Shown here: piece by piece, positions 25,606 through 35,667 of the stretch
Layout: every line of letters begins with the position of its first letter
How positions within the stretch are numbered: the stretch's first letter is position 1
DNA from: Candidatus Nealsonbacteria bacterium RBG_13_36_15
GTDB lineage: Bacteria; Patescibacteriota; Minisyncoccia; Minisyncoccales; RBG-13-36-15
Assembly: GCA_001819145.1 (NCBI GenBank)
Contig: MHLV01000016.1
Location: forward strand, 6,313 to 41,979
Length of the DNA stretch: 35,667 nucleotides
Direction: 5' to 3'
Translations under genes and position numbers: made by a program
Notes under the pieces: model-generated
Told to the model about the DNA's origin: nothing
Databases searched by the model: none
The model's input: only the letters and a program-made list of their open reading frames with translations

Positions 25606-28458
25606 ATGGCCCAAGATTTTATAAAAATCAGGGGAGCTAAAGTTCACAACCTAAAAAACATTGATGTTGACATCCCCAAAAATAAATTGGTGGTTATTAC
25701 CGGAATTTCTGGTTCTGGAAAGAGCTCTTTAGCTTTTGATACCTTATACGCTGAAGGCCAAAGAAGATACGTTGAATCATTATCTGCCTACGCCAGACAA
25801 TTTTTAGGAGTAATGCGAAAACCAGACGCGGAAAAGATTGAAGGCATATCACCGGCGATTTCCATTGACCAAAGGAAAGCAGCCCATAATCCCAGATCTA
25901 CGGTTGGTACAATTACCGAAATTTATGACTATCTAAGGTTATTATTTGCCAGAATCGGGATTCCACATTGTCCAAAATGCAAAAAAGAAGTTTCACGCCA
26001 AACCATTGACCAAATAGTTGAACAAGTTCTGAAAATGCCAAAAAAAACTGAAGTTACCATTTTAGGACCAGTTGTTCGCAGTCGAAAAGGAGAACATCGC
26101 GGACTTTTAGAAGAAATTCAAAGAGCCGGCTTTATAAGAGCGCGAATTAATGGCATAATTTACCGGATTGAAGAATCTTTGGAGAAATCTTTAGATCTAA
26201 AGAAAAAACACAATATTGAAGTGGTAGTAGACAGGTTGATAATCGAAAGGGGATTAGATAAATCTCGTTTAGTTGATTCATTAGAAACGGCTTTAAAATT
26301 AGGCAAAGGAATTGTAATTGTAAACCAGAAATTTAGAAAACAGAGACCAAATGATTTGAATTTTAGTGAGCATTTTGCCTGTGAAGATTGCGGAATTTCT
26401 CTGCCGGAATTGGAACCTCGGCTTTTTTCGTTCAATTCTCCTTATGGTGCTTGTCTGGCCTGTCAGGGATTGGGAGAAAAATTAGAGGTGGATCCAAAAC
26501 TGGTTATTCCTAATCCCAATTTAACCGTAGCTGAAGGAGCCATTCAGCCCTGGATGAGAGCTTCCCATAAAGTCGGAAGGCAAAGCTATTTCTGGTGGCA
26601 ACTATCCAACTTATCAGAGAGGATTAATTTTTCTTTATCAGAGCCGGTTAAAAATTTACCTCAAAAAATTATTGAAATTATTCTGTATGGCGATGGAGAA
26701 TTTGAAGGGGTTATTCCTTCATTAGAAAGAAGATACCGAGAGACAGATTCGAATTATACAAGAGAGGAGATTGAGCAGTATATGATTGAAAAAAAGTGTA
26801 AGCTCTGTCAAGGAAAAAGATTAAAGCCTGAAGCCTTGGCAACGATAATAGCTAAAACGTCAATTGACCAAATGGTTGAGATGAGCATCGGAAAATTAGA
26901 AAAATTTTTTGGCGAGTTATTAAATCCTAGGCGTCGCACCTTAAAATCTAACGAGATGAAAATTGCCCCGCCTATTATTAAAGAAGTTATAAATAGATTG
27001 CAGTTTTTAATTGATGTCGGGCTTGATTATTTAACCTTGAACAGGAAAGCTTCCACTTTGGCTGGCGGCGAAGAACAAAGAATAAAGTTAGCTACTCAAA
27101 TTGGATCAAAACTGACCGGCGTCCTATATATTTTAGATGAACCCTCAGTCGGACTTCATCCCCGAGACCAGGAAAGATTAATTGAGACATTAAAAAAACT
27201 TAAAGAGATAGGCAATACTGTTGTAGTTGTTGAACATGATCCCCAAACAATAAGGGCGGCCGACTGGATAATTGATATTGGGCCAGGGGCTGGGAAACAC
27301 GGCGGAAGGGTTATTTTTAAGGGAACACCCAGAGAATTAATGAAAGCTAAAACCTTAACCGGAGAATATATGTCTGGCAGGAAAAAGGTGGAAATAGAGT
27401 CTAGGGGTTCGTATCTCGTATCTAAGGATAAAAAAAAGACTAACTACCAAATACCTGATACAAAATACTTGGTTATTAAAGAAGCTGCCGAACATAACTT
27501 AAAGAATATTGATGCGAATATTCCCCTTGGCAAATTTGTTTGTATTACTGGTGTTTCAGGATCAGGCAAAAGTTCTTTGATGAATGATGTTTTGGCTAAG
27601 TCTTTATTGAAAAAATTTTATAAGACCAAAGAAGATTCGGGAAAACACAAAGAGATTTTAGGAGCCGAAAATTTAAATAAAGTAGTTTTAGTTGATCAGT
27701 CACCGATTGGCCGTACTCCCAGATCAAATCCCGCAACTTATACAGGAGCCTTCTCTTTTATCAGAGATCTTTTTTCAAAAACAAGAGAGGCTAAAATTAG
27801 GGGATACCAGCCCGGTCGTTTTAGTTTTAATGTTAAAGGAGGAAGGTGTGAGGTTTGCGAAGGGCAGGGTCAAATCAAAATTGAAATGTTTTTTCTGCCA
27901 GATGTTTATGTTGAATGTCAAGAGTGTAGGGGGAGAAGATTCAACAAAGAAACCTTGTCTATTGAATATAAAGGAAAAAATATTTCTGATGTTTTATCAA
28001 TGACCGTTGAAGAAGCCTTAGGTTTTTTTAAATTAATACCCGGTCTTTTTCAAAAACTTAAAACTTTAAATAGAGTTGGTTTAGGCTATATTCAGTTGGG
28101 CCAGCCCGCCACCTCGCTTTCTGGCGGAGAAGCCCAAAGGATAAAATTATCTACTGAACTTTCCAGGAAGGCAACTGGAAAAACTTTATATATTTTAGAT
28201 GAACCAACCACCGGTCTGCATCCAGATGATATTAAGAAATTAGTATGGGTTTTGAGAAGTTTAGTTGATATGGGTAATACCGTTTTAATAATTGAACATA
28301 ATTTAGATGTTATTAAGAACTCAGACTGGATAATTGATTTAGGACCAGAGGGGGGAGAGAGAGGAGGGTACATTATAGCCGAAGGAACTCCTTTTGAGAT
28401 TACAACAAATAAAAAAAGCCATACCGGAAAATACTTGAAGACGGCACTAAGTAATTGA
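25606..28458 (+). CDS. uvrA: Excinuclease ABC subunit A
   Basis: Two ABC modules ([53 protein letters not shown]) and Zn-finger CxxC pairs. Confidence 0.99.
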   Translation: MAQDFIKIRGAKVHNLKNIDVDIPKNKLVVITGISGSGKSSLAFDTLYAEGQRRYVESLSAYARQFLGVMRKPDAEKIEGISPAISIDQRKAAHNPRSTVGTITEIYDYLRLLFARIGIPHCPKCKKEVSRQTIDQIVEQVLKMPKKTEVTILGPVVRSRKGEHRGLLEEIQRAGFIRARINGIIYRIEESLEKSLDLKKKHNIEVVVDRLIIERGLDKSRLVDSLETALKLGKGIVIVNQKFRKQRPNDLNFSEHFACEDCGISLPELEPRLFSFNSPYGACLACQGLGEKLEVDPKLVIPNPNLTVAEGAIQPWMRASHKVGRQSYFWWQLSNLSERINFSLSEPVKNLPQKIIEIILYGDGEFEGVIPSLERRYRETDSNYTREEIEQYMIEKKCKLCQGKRLKPEALATIIAKTSIDQMVEMSIGKLEKFFGELLNPRRRTLKSNEMKIAPPIIKEVINRLQFLIDVGLDYLTLNRKASTLAGGEEQRIKLATQIGSKLTGVLYILDEPSVGLHPRDQERLIETLKKLKEIGNTVVVVEHDPQTIRAADWIIDIGPGAGKHGGRVIFKGTPRELMKAKTLTGEYMSGRKKVEIESRGSYLVSKDKKKTNYQIPDTKYLVIKEAAEHNLKNIDANIPLGKFVCITGVSGSGKSSLMNDVLAKSLLKKFYKTKEDSGKHKEILGAENLNKVVLVDQSPIGRTPRSNPATYTGAFSFIRDLFSKTREAKIRGYQPGRFSFNVKGGRCEVCEGQGQIKIEMFFLPDVYVECQECRGRRFNKETLSIEYKGKNISDVLSMTVEEALGFFKLIPGLFQKLKTLNRVGLGYIQLGQPATSLSGGEAQRIKLSTELSRKATGKTLYILDEPTTGLHPDDIKKLVWVLRSLVDMGNTVLIIEHNLDVIKNSDWIIDLGPEGGERGGYIIAEGTPFEITTNKKSHTGKYLKTALSN
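27397..27468. repeat. In-frame inverted heptamer array inside uvrA
   Basis: GTATCTC GTATCTA on the left. TACCAAA TACCTGA TACAAAA TAC on the right. Confidence 0.6.
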
Positions 28459-28465
28459 CAAAATC

Positions 28466-28494
28466 TTGACAGATTTTTAAAAGTGATTTAAGAT
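28466..28494 (+). promoter_or_regulatory. sigma70 promoter of groES-groEL
   Basis: TTGACA (28466-28471)-17 nt-TAAGAT (28489-28494). A second TTGACA lies at 28455-28460. Confidence 0.7.
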
Positions 28495-28540
28495 TATAGA
28501 GTAAATTATTATCAACCTAAGCCGTATTTATTAAAATATC

Positions 28541-28608
28541 CAGCGGTTAGCGGTTATCGGTCCACAAAAAAATTATGAACATTGTTTACTGTTAACCGTT
28601 TTCTGTTT
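28541..28608 (+). repeat. Inverted heptamer array in the groES leader
   Basis: CAGCGGT TAGCGGT TATCGGT ... ATTGTTT ACTGTTA ACCGTTT TCTGTTT. Confidence 0.7.
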
Positions 28609-28616
28609 ATTGACTT

Positions 28617-30532
<1,916 letters not shown>

Positions 30533-30560
30533 GTTTAATAACTATTTGTGTTGATTGTTT

Positions 30561-30596
30561 GCCCCGCTGCGTCAAACGCGGCGGGCTTTTTGTTTT
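30561..30596 (+). terminator. Intrinsic terminator after groEL
   Basis: CCCGCTGCGT-caa-ACGCGGCGGG followed by CTTTTTGTTTT. Confidence 0.85.
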
Positions 30597-30637
30597 GAGG
30601 CTTTTTTGCTTTTTTATTTTAGGGTATAATATAACCA

Positions 30638-31414
30638 ATGATAAGATTTGGTGGAAAACTTTCTGGGGAGCAAGACTATCAAAGTGAAAAATCAAAAATT
30701 TCAGAAGCCATTTCAATTGCTGCTCACCAATTAAGGCACCCAATATCAGTGATAAAAAGTTATCTGGAGGCTTTAGGTTCGGAAGATTTCGGGAAATTAA
30801 ACCTCAAACAAGTAGAATACATTGAAGATGCCCTTGAAAATGTTAGAAGAATAACAGAAACAGTAAATAACCTTTTAGATATTTCCAGGGTTGAAGAGGG
30901 AAGGTATGAGTTAAAATTAGAGCCAATATCTTTAGCAGAAATTACAGAATCAGTAGTCAGGGAATTCGCTCTTTGGGCGGAAGCTTCCAACTCTAAAGTT
31001 GTATTTAAAAAACCAAAAGAAATTTTGCCGCCAGTTCTCACCGACGCTTTAAAAATTAGACAAGTGGTGGAAAATTTGATTGCTAACGCTGTTAAGTATA
31101 AAAAAACGGGACAAGGGATAATAGAAGTAATTCTAACAAAAAAAGGGAAAGAGATAATTTTTTCTTGTAAAGATAATGGAATAGGCATTCCTAAAGAAGA
31201 TTTTAAGAAAATTTTTACTAAATTCTATCGTTCAGAAGAGGCGATGGAGATAGATCCTACTGGCGCCGGTCTTGGCCTCTATTTAAACCGAGCAACGGTT
31301 GAGGCCAGCGGAGGAAAGGTTTGGTTTGTTAGAAATAAAGACTTTGGAACAACTTTTTCTTTTAGCCTCCCCATTTTTTCGGCATCTTTATTTATTAGTA
31401 AAAGAGCTTATTAG
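30638..31414 (+). CDS. Histidine kinase (HisKA + HATPase), no sensor domain
   Basis: H box AAHQLRHP, N box QVVENLIANAVKY, G1 KDNGIGIP, F box IFTKFYR, G2 GAGLGL. Confidence 0.93.
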   Translation: MIRFGGKLSGEQDYQSEKSKISEAISIAAHQLRHPISVIKSYLEALGSEDFGKLNLKQVEYIEDALENVRRITETVNNLLDISRVEEGRYELKLEPISLAEITESVVREFALWAEASNSKVVFKKPKEILPPVLTDALKIRQVVENLIANAVKYKKTGQGIIEVILTKKGKEIIFSCKDNGIGIPKEDFKKIFTKFYRSEEAMEIDPTGAGLGLYLNRATVEASGGKVWFVRNKDFGTTFSFSLPIFSASLFISKRAY

Positions 31415-31427
31415 TCTGTTATAGTTT

Positions 31428-31526
31428 ATGTCTGATAAAAAACCGAAGATTTTGATGATTGAGGAAGACCCCATACAAATCCCTTCAGGATTGTACGGGG
31501 CGAGAATAAGAAACACAACATTTTAG
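31428..31526 (+). pseudogene. Truncated response-regulator paralogue (first 14 codons intact)
   Basis: MSDKKPKILMIEED matches MPNKKPKVLMIEED of the next gene, then runs into a palindrome and stops after 32 aa. Confidence 0.75.
31469..31500. repeat. Short REP-like palindrome of the CCCCGTA...TACGGGG type
   Basis: CCCCATACAAATCC-cttca-GGATTGTACGGGG. Confidence 0.7.
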
Positions 31527-31538
31527 CTCCATTCAATT

Positions 31539-31925
31539 ATGCCTAATAAGAAGCCAAAAGTCCTAATGATTGAGGAAGACCGTTTTTTGAGAAAGATTTA
31601 TCGGGATAAATTATCTCGGTTGAGCTTTGATTTTTTAGAAGCAACCAACGGTGAAGAGGGTTTAAATAAGGTTATTTATGAAAAGCCCGATGTGGTTATA
31701 TTAGATTTAATGTTGCCCAAAAAAAATGGCTTTGATGTTCTAATTGATATTAGGAGTAATAAAAATACTCAAAATATTCCAGTGATTATTCTTTCTAATC
31801 TTGGCCAAGAATCTGATATTAAGAGAGCCCTTGATTTAGGGGCTACAAGTTACTTAGTTAAAACTGACATTAGCCTATCGGGAGTAGTAGATAAAGTAAA
31901 AGAACAAGTAGCTAAAAACAGATAG
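31539..31925 (+). CDS. Single-domain response regulator (receiver only)
   Basis: VLMIEED, PDVVILDLMLPKKNGFDVL (phospho-Asp), IPVIILSN, GATSYLVK. No output domain. Confidence 0.95.
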   Translation: MPNKKPKVLMIEEDRFLRKIYRDKLSRLSFDFLEATNGEEGLNKVIYEKPDVVILDLMLPKKNGFDVLIDIRSNKNTQNIPVIILSNLGQESDIKRALDLGATSYLVKTDISLSGVVDKVKEQVAKNR

Positions 31926-31940
31926 TTTTTTGGCTGAAAG

Positions 31941-33623
31941 ATGAAAATAACCGAACAATTTTTAAAAAAAATCCTGGTAAGTCCGAGTTTAATTTCAGAG
32001 AAAGATTTTGATTTAATTAAAAAAAAAGCTCTGGCAGAAAAAAAATCTTTAATTAACGCTATTTTAGATCAGGGCTTAATTTTTGATGAACAGTTAGGTC
32101 GTCTAATTGCCGACGAAATTCAACTTCCCTTTGTTAATCTTCAGAAAACAAAAATCAAAAAAGATATTCTTAATATCATTCCTGAAATTGTAGCCCGTCA
32201 GCAAGAAACTATTGCCTTTGAGAAATCTCAGGAGGGCTTAAAAGTCGCCTTATCTGATCCAGAGAATATAGAATTAAGAGAATTTATTGAAAGAAAAACT
32301 GGAGAGAAAGTCTTACCTTATTATGCAACGGAAAAAGACATCAAGGAAACTCTAAAATGTTATAAGAGAGAGATAAAAGAGGTTTTTGATGAATTAATAA
32401 ATAAAGCCTTAGAAGAGCTTAAAAAAACCGTCAAGGCTGAATCCCTGCCAATAATTAAAATGGTTGACTTGATCTTAAGTTACGGTTATGAAAACCGAGC
32501 TTCTGATATTCACTTTGAACCTTATCAAAAAAAGACTATTTTAAGATATCGGATTGATGGAATTTTATACGATGTTTTAACTTTACCAGAGACTATTCAC
32601 GAATTTTTAATCTCGCGAATTAAAATTTTAGCCGATTTAAGAACCGATATTCACGAGGCCGCTCAAGACGGCCATTTTTCATTTTCTTTTCCTGACGAGA
32701 AAGCAGATATTAGGGTTTCAATTGTACCAATTGAAGAAGGGGAAAAGGCGGTTTTAAGGCTTTTATCAGAAAGAGCGCGGAGATTTGACCTTGAAGGGTT
32801 GGGAGTGGGGAATAAAGAAACGGAAATTATTGGAAAAAATATTAAAAAATCTTGGGGAATGACTTTAGTTTCAGGACCTACTGGCTGCGGAAAAACTACA
32901 ACTTTATACGCTATTTTAAAAATTTTAAATACTCGCGAAGTTAATATTTGTACCATTGAAGATCCTGTTGAATATGATATTGAAGGGGTTAATCAGATTC
33001 AGGTTAATCCAAAAACTGGCCTTAATTTCTCTAAGGGTTTGAAAGCAATAATCCGCCAAGATCCTAATATTATTATGGTCGGTGAAATCAGAGATGAAGA
33101 AACTTCCAAATTAGCGATAAATGCAGCAATGACAGGCCATTTAGTTTTGTCTACCTTTCATGCAACAGACGCTGCCACTACCATACCCCGGCTTTTAGAA
33201 ATGGGAGCAGAGTCCTTCTTGATTTCAACAACTTTAAATTTAATTATTGCCCAAAGATTGGTTAGAAAAATTTGTTCAAAATGTATTGAGAGTTATGAAA
33301 TTTCTCCCGAAAAGATCGCTCAGCTTTTGGGCAAAGACCTCGTTTTAAAACTGCCAAGAACAAAAGAGGGAAAAATTTTGCTTTTCCGAGGGAGAGGATG
33401 CTCTCTTTGTTATAAAACGGGGTATCTTGGCAGAACCGGTATTTTTGAGGCTTTAGAAATTAAAGAACCAATAAAAAAATTAATTATAGAAAAAGCTACC
33501 GCTGATCAAATCAAGAATAAAGCTCAGGAGCTTGGCATGCGGACAATGATTGAGGACGGTTTAAAGAAAGCAGAGAAAGGAATTACTACTTTAGAAGAAA
33601 TTTTAAGAGCCACTAAAGAATAA
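31941..33623 (+). CDS. pilB: Type IV pilus assembly ATPase (PilB/GspE family)
   Basis: ASDIHFEP, GPTGCGKTTTLY, TIEDPVEY, RQDPNIIMVGEIRD, TGHLVLSTFH, tetracysteine CSKC/CSLC. Confidence 0.93.
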   Translation: MKITEQFLKKILVSPSLISEKDFDLIKKKALAEKKSLINAILDQGLIFDEQLGRLIADEIQLPFVNLQKTKIKKDILNIIPEIVARQQETIAFEKSQEGLKVALSDPENIELREFIERKTGEKVLPYYATEKDIKETLKCYKREIKEVFDELINKALEELKKTVKAESLPIIKMVDLILSYGYENRASDIHFEPYQKKTILRYRIDGILYDVLTLPETIHEFLISRIKILADLRTDIHEAAQDGHFSFSFPDEKADIRVSIVPIEEGEKAVLRLLSERARRFDLEGLGVGNKETEIIGKNIKKSWGMTLVSGPTGCGKTTTLYAILKILNTREVNICTIEDPVEYDIEGVNQIQVNPKTGLNFSKGLKAIIRQDPNIIMVGEIRDEETSKLAINAAMTGHLVLSTFHATDAATTIPRLLEMGAESFLISTTLNLIIAQRLVRKICSKCIESYEISPEKIAQLLGKDLVLKLPRTKEGKILLFRGRGCSLCYKTGYLGRTGIFEALEIKEPIKKLIIEKATADQIKNKAQELGMRTMIEDGLKKAEKGITTLEEILRATKE

Positions 33624-33676
33624 AAACCTTAAAACCTAAAAATTTAAAAACAAATTATTTTTAAATTTTTAAAAGT

Positions 33677-34738
33677 ATGGGAGTTTCCCAAAAAGAAAAA
33701 ATTTTCTTCGTTGAACACTTATCTTTAATGCTTAAAGGAGGGATACCAATCTCCGAAGCTTTAGGGACTCTTAGGGACGAGACAAAATCGGGAAAATTGC
33801 GAAAGATTTTGTCAGAAACTTTAGAAAGAATTTTAGGGGGCGAAAGTTTAGGAAAAAGCCTTGAAAAATATCCTCGGATTTTTGACAGATTTTTCTTAAG
33901 TGTAGTTAAATTGGGAGAGAAAAGCGGAACCTTAGATGCGAACCTTAAGTATTTAGCCTTACAGCTCCGCAAGGATTATGATTTGAGGAGAAAGATTGCC
34001 GGGGCTCTTTTATACCCCGCCCTTATTATTATTCTGGCTATAATAATTATCTTGATTATAATTTTTTTCGTTTTGCCAAAAATTATTCCGGTCTTCCAAG
34101 CTTTACAAACTATGGGAATTGTCGGTCAACTGCCATTAGCCACTAAAATTTTACTAAAATTAGGCGTTTTTTTAAGAAAATTCGGTTTTTTAATCCCGAT
34201 AGTATCCATTCTTCTTTTTTTCTTTTTAAAAGTCATTCAGAGAATAAGCTTTATTAGATTTTATCTTGATAAAATAGTTCTTTCCCTTCCTGTTTTGGGA
34301 AGTATTGCTAAAGATCTTAATTTAGCCAGGTTTTCTTGGAATTTTTATACTTTATTAAAAAGCGGTATGCCTATTTTAGAATCTCTGGAAATCTGTTCTG
34401 ATATTTTACCAAACGAAGTTTATCGGAAAAATTTAATTTCAATTAGATCTGATGTAGAAAGAGGAGAAAAAATTAGCTTTGGTTTAAAGAAAGCTTCCAG
34501 AAACTTTCCGCCCATTTTTTCAGAAATGATTTTGGTTGGAGAAAAAACAGGTTCCCTAGAAGAAAGTTCTCTTTATTTGGCTCAATTCTATAGCCAGGAA
34601 GCAGATTCTACTATAAAAAACATCTCTGATCTCATTGGGCCAATTTTATTAATTTTTATTGGAATTATCATTGTTTTAGTCGCTTTAGCCACTATTATTC
34701 CGATCTACCGCTTTATTGGAGAAATAGGCGTAAGGTAA
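33677..34738 (+). CDS. pilC: Type IV pilus platform protein (PilC/GspF family)
   Basis: Two T2SSF repeats (LSLMLKGGIPI...GEKSGTL; LLKSGMPI...MILVGEKTGSL), ALLYP followed by a TM helix. Confidence 0.92.
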   Translation: MGVSQKEKIFFVEHLSLMLKGGIPISEALGTLRDETKSGKLRKILSETLERILGGESLGKSLEKYPRIFDRFFLSVVKLGEKSGTLDANLKYLALQLRKDYDLRRKIAGALLYPALIIILAIIIILIIIFFVLPKIIPVFQALQTMGIVGQLPLATKILLKLGVFLRKFGFLIPIVSILLFFFLKVIQRISFIRFYLDKIVLSLPVLGSIAKDLNLARFSWNFYTLLKSGMPILESLEICSDILPNEVYRKNLISIRSDVERGEKISFGLKKASRNFPPIFSEMILVGEKTGSLEESSLYLAQFYSQEADSTIKNISDLIGPILLIFIGIIIVLVALATIIPIYRFIGEIGVR

Positions 34739-34761
34739 TTTGCTCAAACCCTTTTTATAAA

Positions 34762-35196
34762 ATGAAAGGTTTTACTTTAATAGAATTTTTTTTAATTATT
34801 ATAATTATTTTTTTTATCTCTGTTCCAATTTTGTTTTTCGTCCTTAATTTTTATAAGAATCAACAACTTCAAGCTTATACCCACCAGATTCTAAAAGACT
34901 TAAGGAGGGCTCAATTCAAGGCAATGGCAGGCGAAGGAGGAGCGAAATTCGGAGTTTATATTACTAACGACAATTATACTTTGTTTAGGGGGGATTCTTA
35001 CGACATGCGTGATGATCAATATGATGAAGTTTTTGACCTTCCTCAAATAATAACAATTCAAGATTCACCAAAAGAAGCTGTTTTTTCTGAATTAAAAGGA
35101 GAACCAAGTTATATTGGAAATATAATAATAAGTAGCGATAGCTTAACTCAGACGATAAATATTAGTGAGATTGGATTGATAGGTCTTAAACCATGA
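34762..35196 (+). CDS. Type IV pilin-like protein
   Basis: Class III signal MKG|FTLIE followed by a hydrophobic helix. Confidence 0.88.
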   Translation: MKGFTLIEFFLIIIIIFFISVPILFFVLNFYKNQQLQAYTHQILKDLRRAQFKAMAGEGGAKFGVYITNDNYTLFRGDSYDMRDDQYDEVFDLPQIITIQDSPKEAVFSELKGEPSYIGNIIISSDSLTQTINISEIGLIGLKP

Positions 35197-35667
35197 ATTA
35201 TGAAAGAGGACAATTTTTAGTTGAGTTAATAATTGCTATTGGAATTTTTGTGATTCTGGCCAGCTCTTTAGCTTTTTTAGTTTTTAATAGTTATACGGCA
35301 GGATTTTTAGCCTCAGGAATGGTTAAGGCTGATCTTTTAGCTGAAGAAGGATTAGAGGCTACAAGATCAATTAGAGACAATAATTGGCAAGACCTGACAA
35401 GCGGAGATCATGGATTAATAATTTCTGGAGGGAAGTGGCAATTTTCAGGCTCATCAGATATAATTGACGGAAAATTTCTCCGGACCATAAACATAGAAGA
35501 TATTAGTATTGATCAAAAAATAATTACTTCCCGCATAACATGGCCGTTTATAGAAGGAAGATCACAGGAAATAACTTTAGTTACCTATCTGACTAATTGG
35601 CAAAAAAGATTACAAATCAAGAAACCTACCGCCCGTACCGATAGCACGGGCTGGACTACTCCTGCCT
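35193..35667 (+). CDS. Type IV pilin-like protein, 3'-truncated by the window edge (absent from the ORF track)
   Basis: ATGA overlap with the previous stop. MNYERG|QFLVELIIAIGIF...LAEEGLEATRSIRDNNW, with the frame open to the end of the window. Confidence 0.85.
   Translation, partial: MNYERGQFLVELIIAIGIFVILASSLAFLVFNSYTAGFLASGMVKADLLAEEGLEATRSIRDNNWQDLTSGDHGLIISGGKWQFSGSSDIIDGKFLRTINIEDISIDQKIITSRITWPFIEGRSQEITLVTYLTNWQKRLQIKKPTARTDSTGWTTPA

Noticed and set aside
28441..28616. CIRCE operator upstream of groES
   Set aside because: Only a partial GGCACTAA inside the uvrA end, with no matching inverted half-site at 9-nt spacing.

Overview
AT-rich bacterial chromosomal segment, most consistent with Patescibacteria (CPR, Parcubacteria-like). 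This is inferred from the compact rpoB/rpoC, weak or absent Shine-Dalgarno sites, cupin-type PGI, an orphan OppA-like protein with an inserted peptidoglycan-binding domain, UvrC lacking its HhH tail and a type IV pilus cluster. Most of the window is core housekeeping: rpoBC, ftsK, recA, ychF-rpsF-ssb-rpsR, phosphomannomutase, trpS, rnj, tRNA-Leu(CAG), pgi, secG, uvrC, uvrA, groES/groEL, a histidine kinase and receiver, pilB, pilC and pilins. The most notable observations are: (1) a ~2.2 kb self-contained cassette bounded by an exact 47-bp direct repeat that duplicates the uvrC promoter and start codon, encoding a surface protein with a prepilin-like leader and Cys-rich, Ig-like, CBM-like and M60-like metallopeptidase modules; (2) dispersed hairpins built of 7-nt units, in gene leaders and in-frame inside UvrA, with related unpaired heptamer runs in UvrC; (3) CCCCGTA...TACGGGG palindromic elements, one sitting exactly where a paralogous response regulator is truncated; (4) a pgi reading frame running 32 nt into tRNA-Leu; (5) repeated leaderless or near-leaderless promoter layout. 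All calls are from reading by eye; no searches were run.
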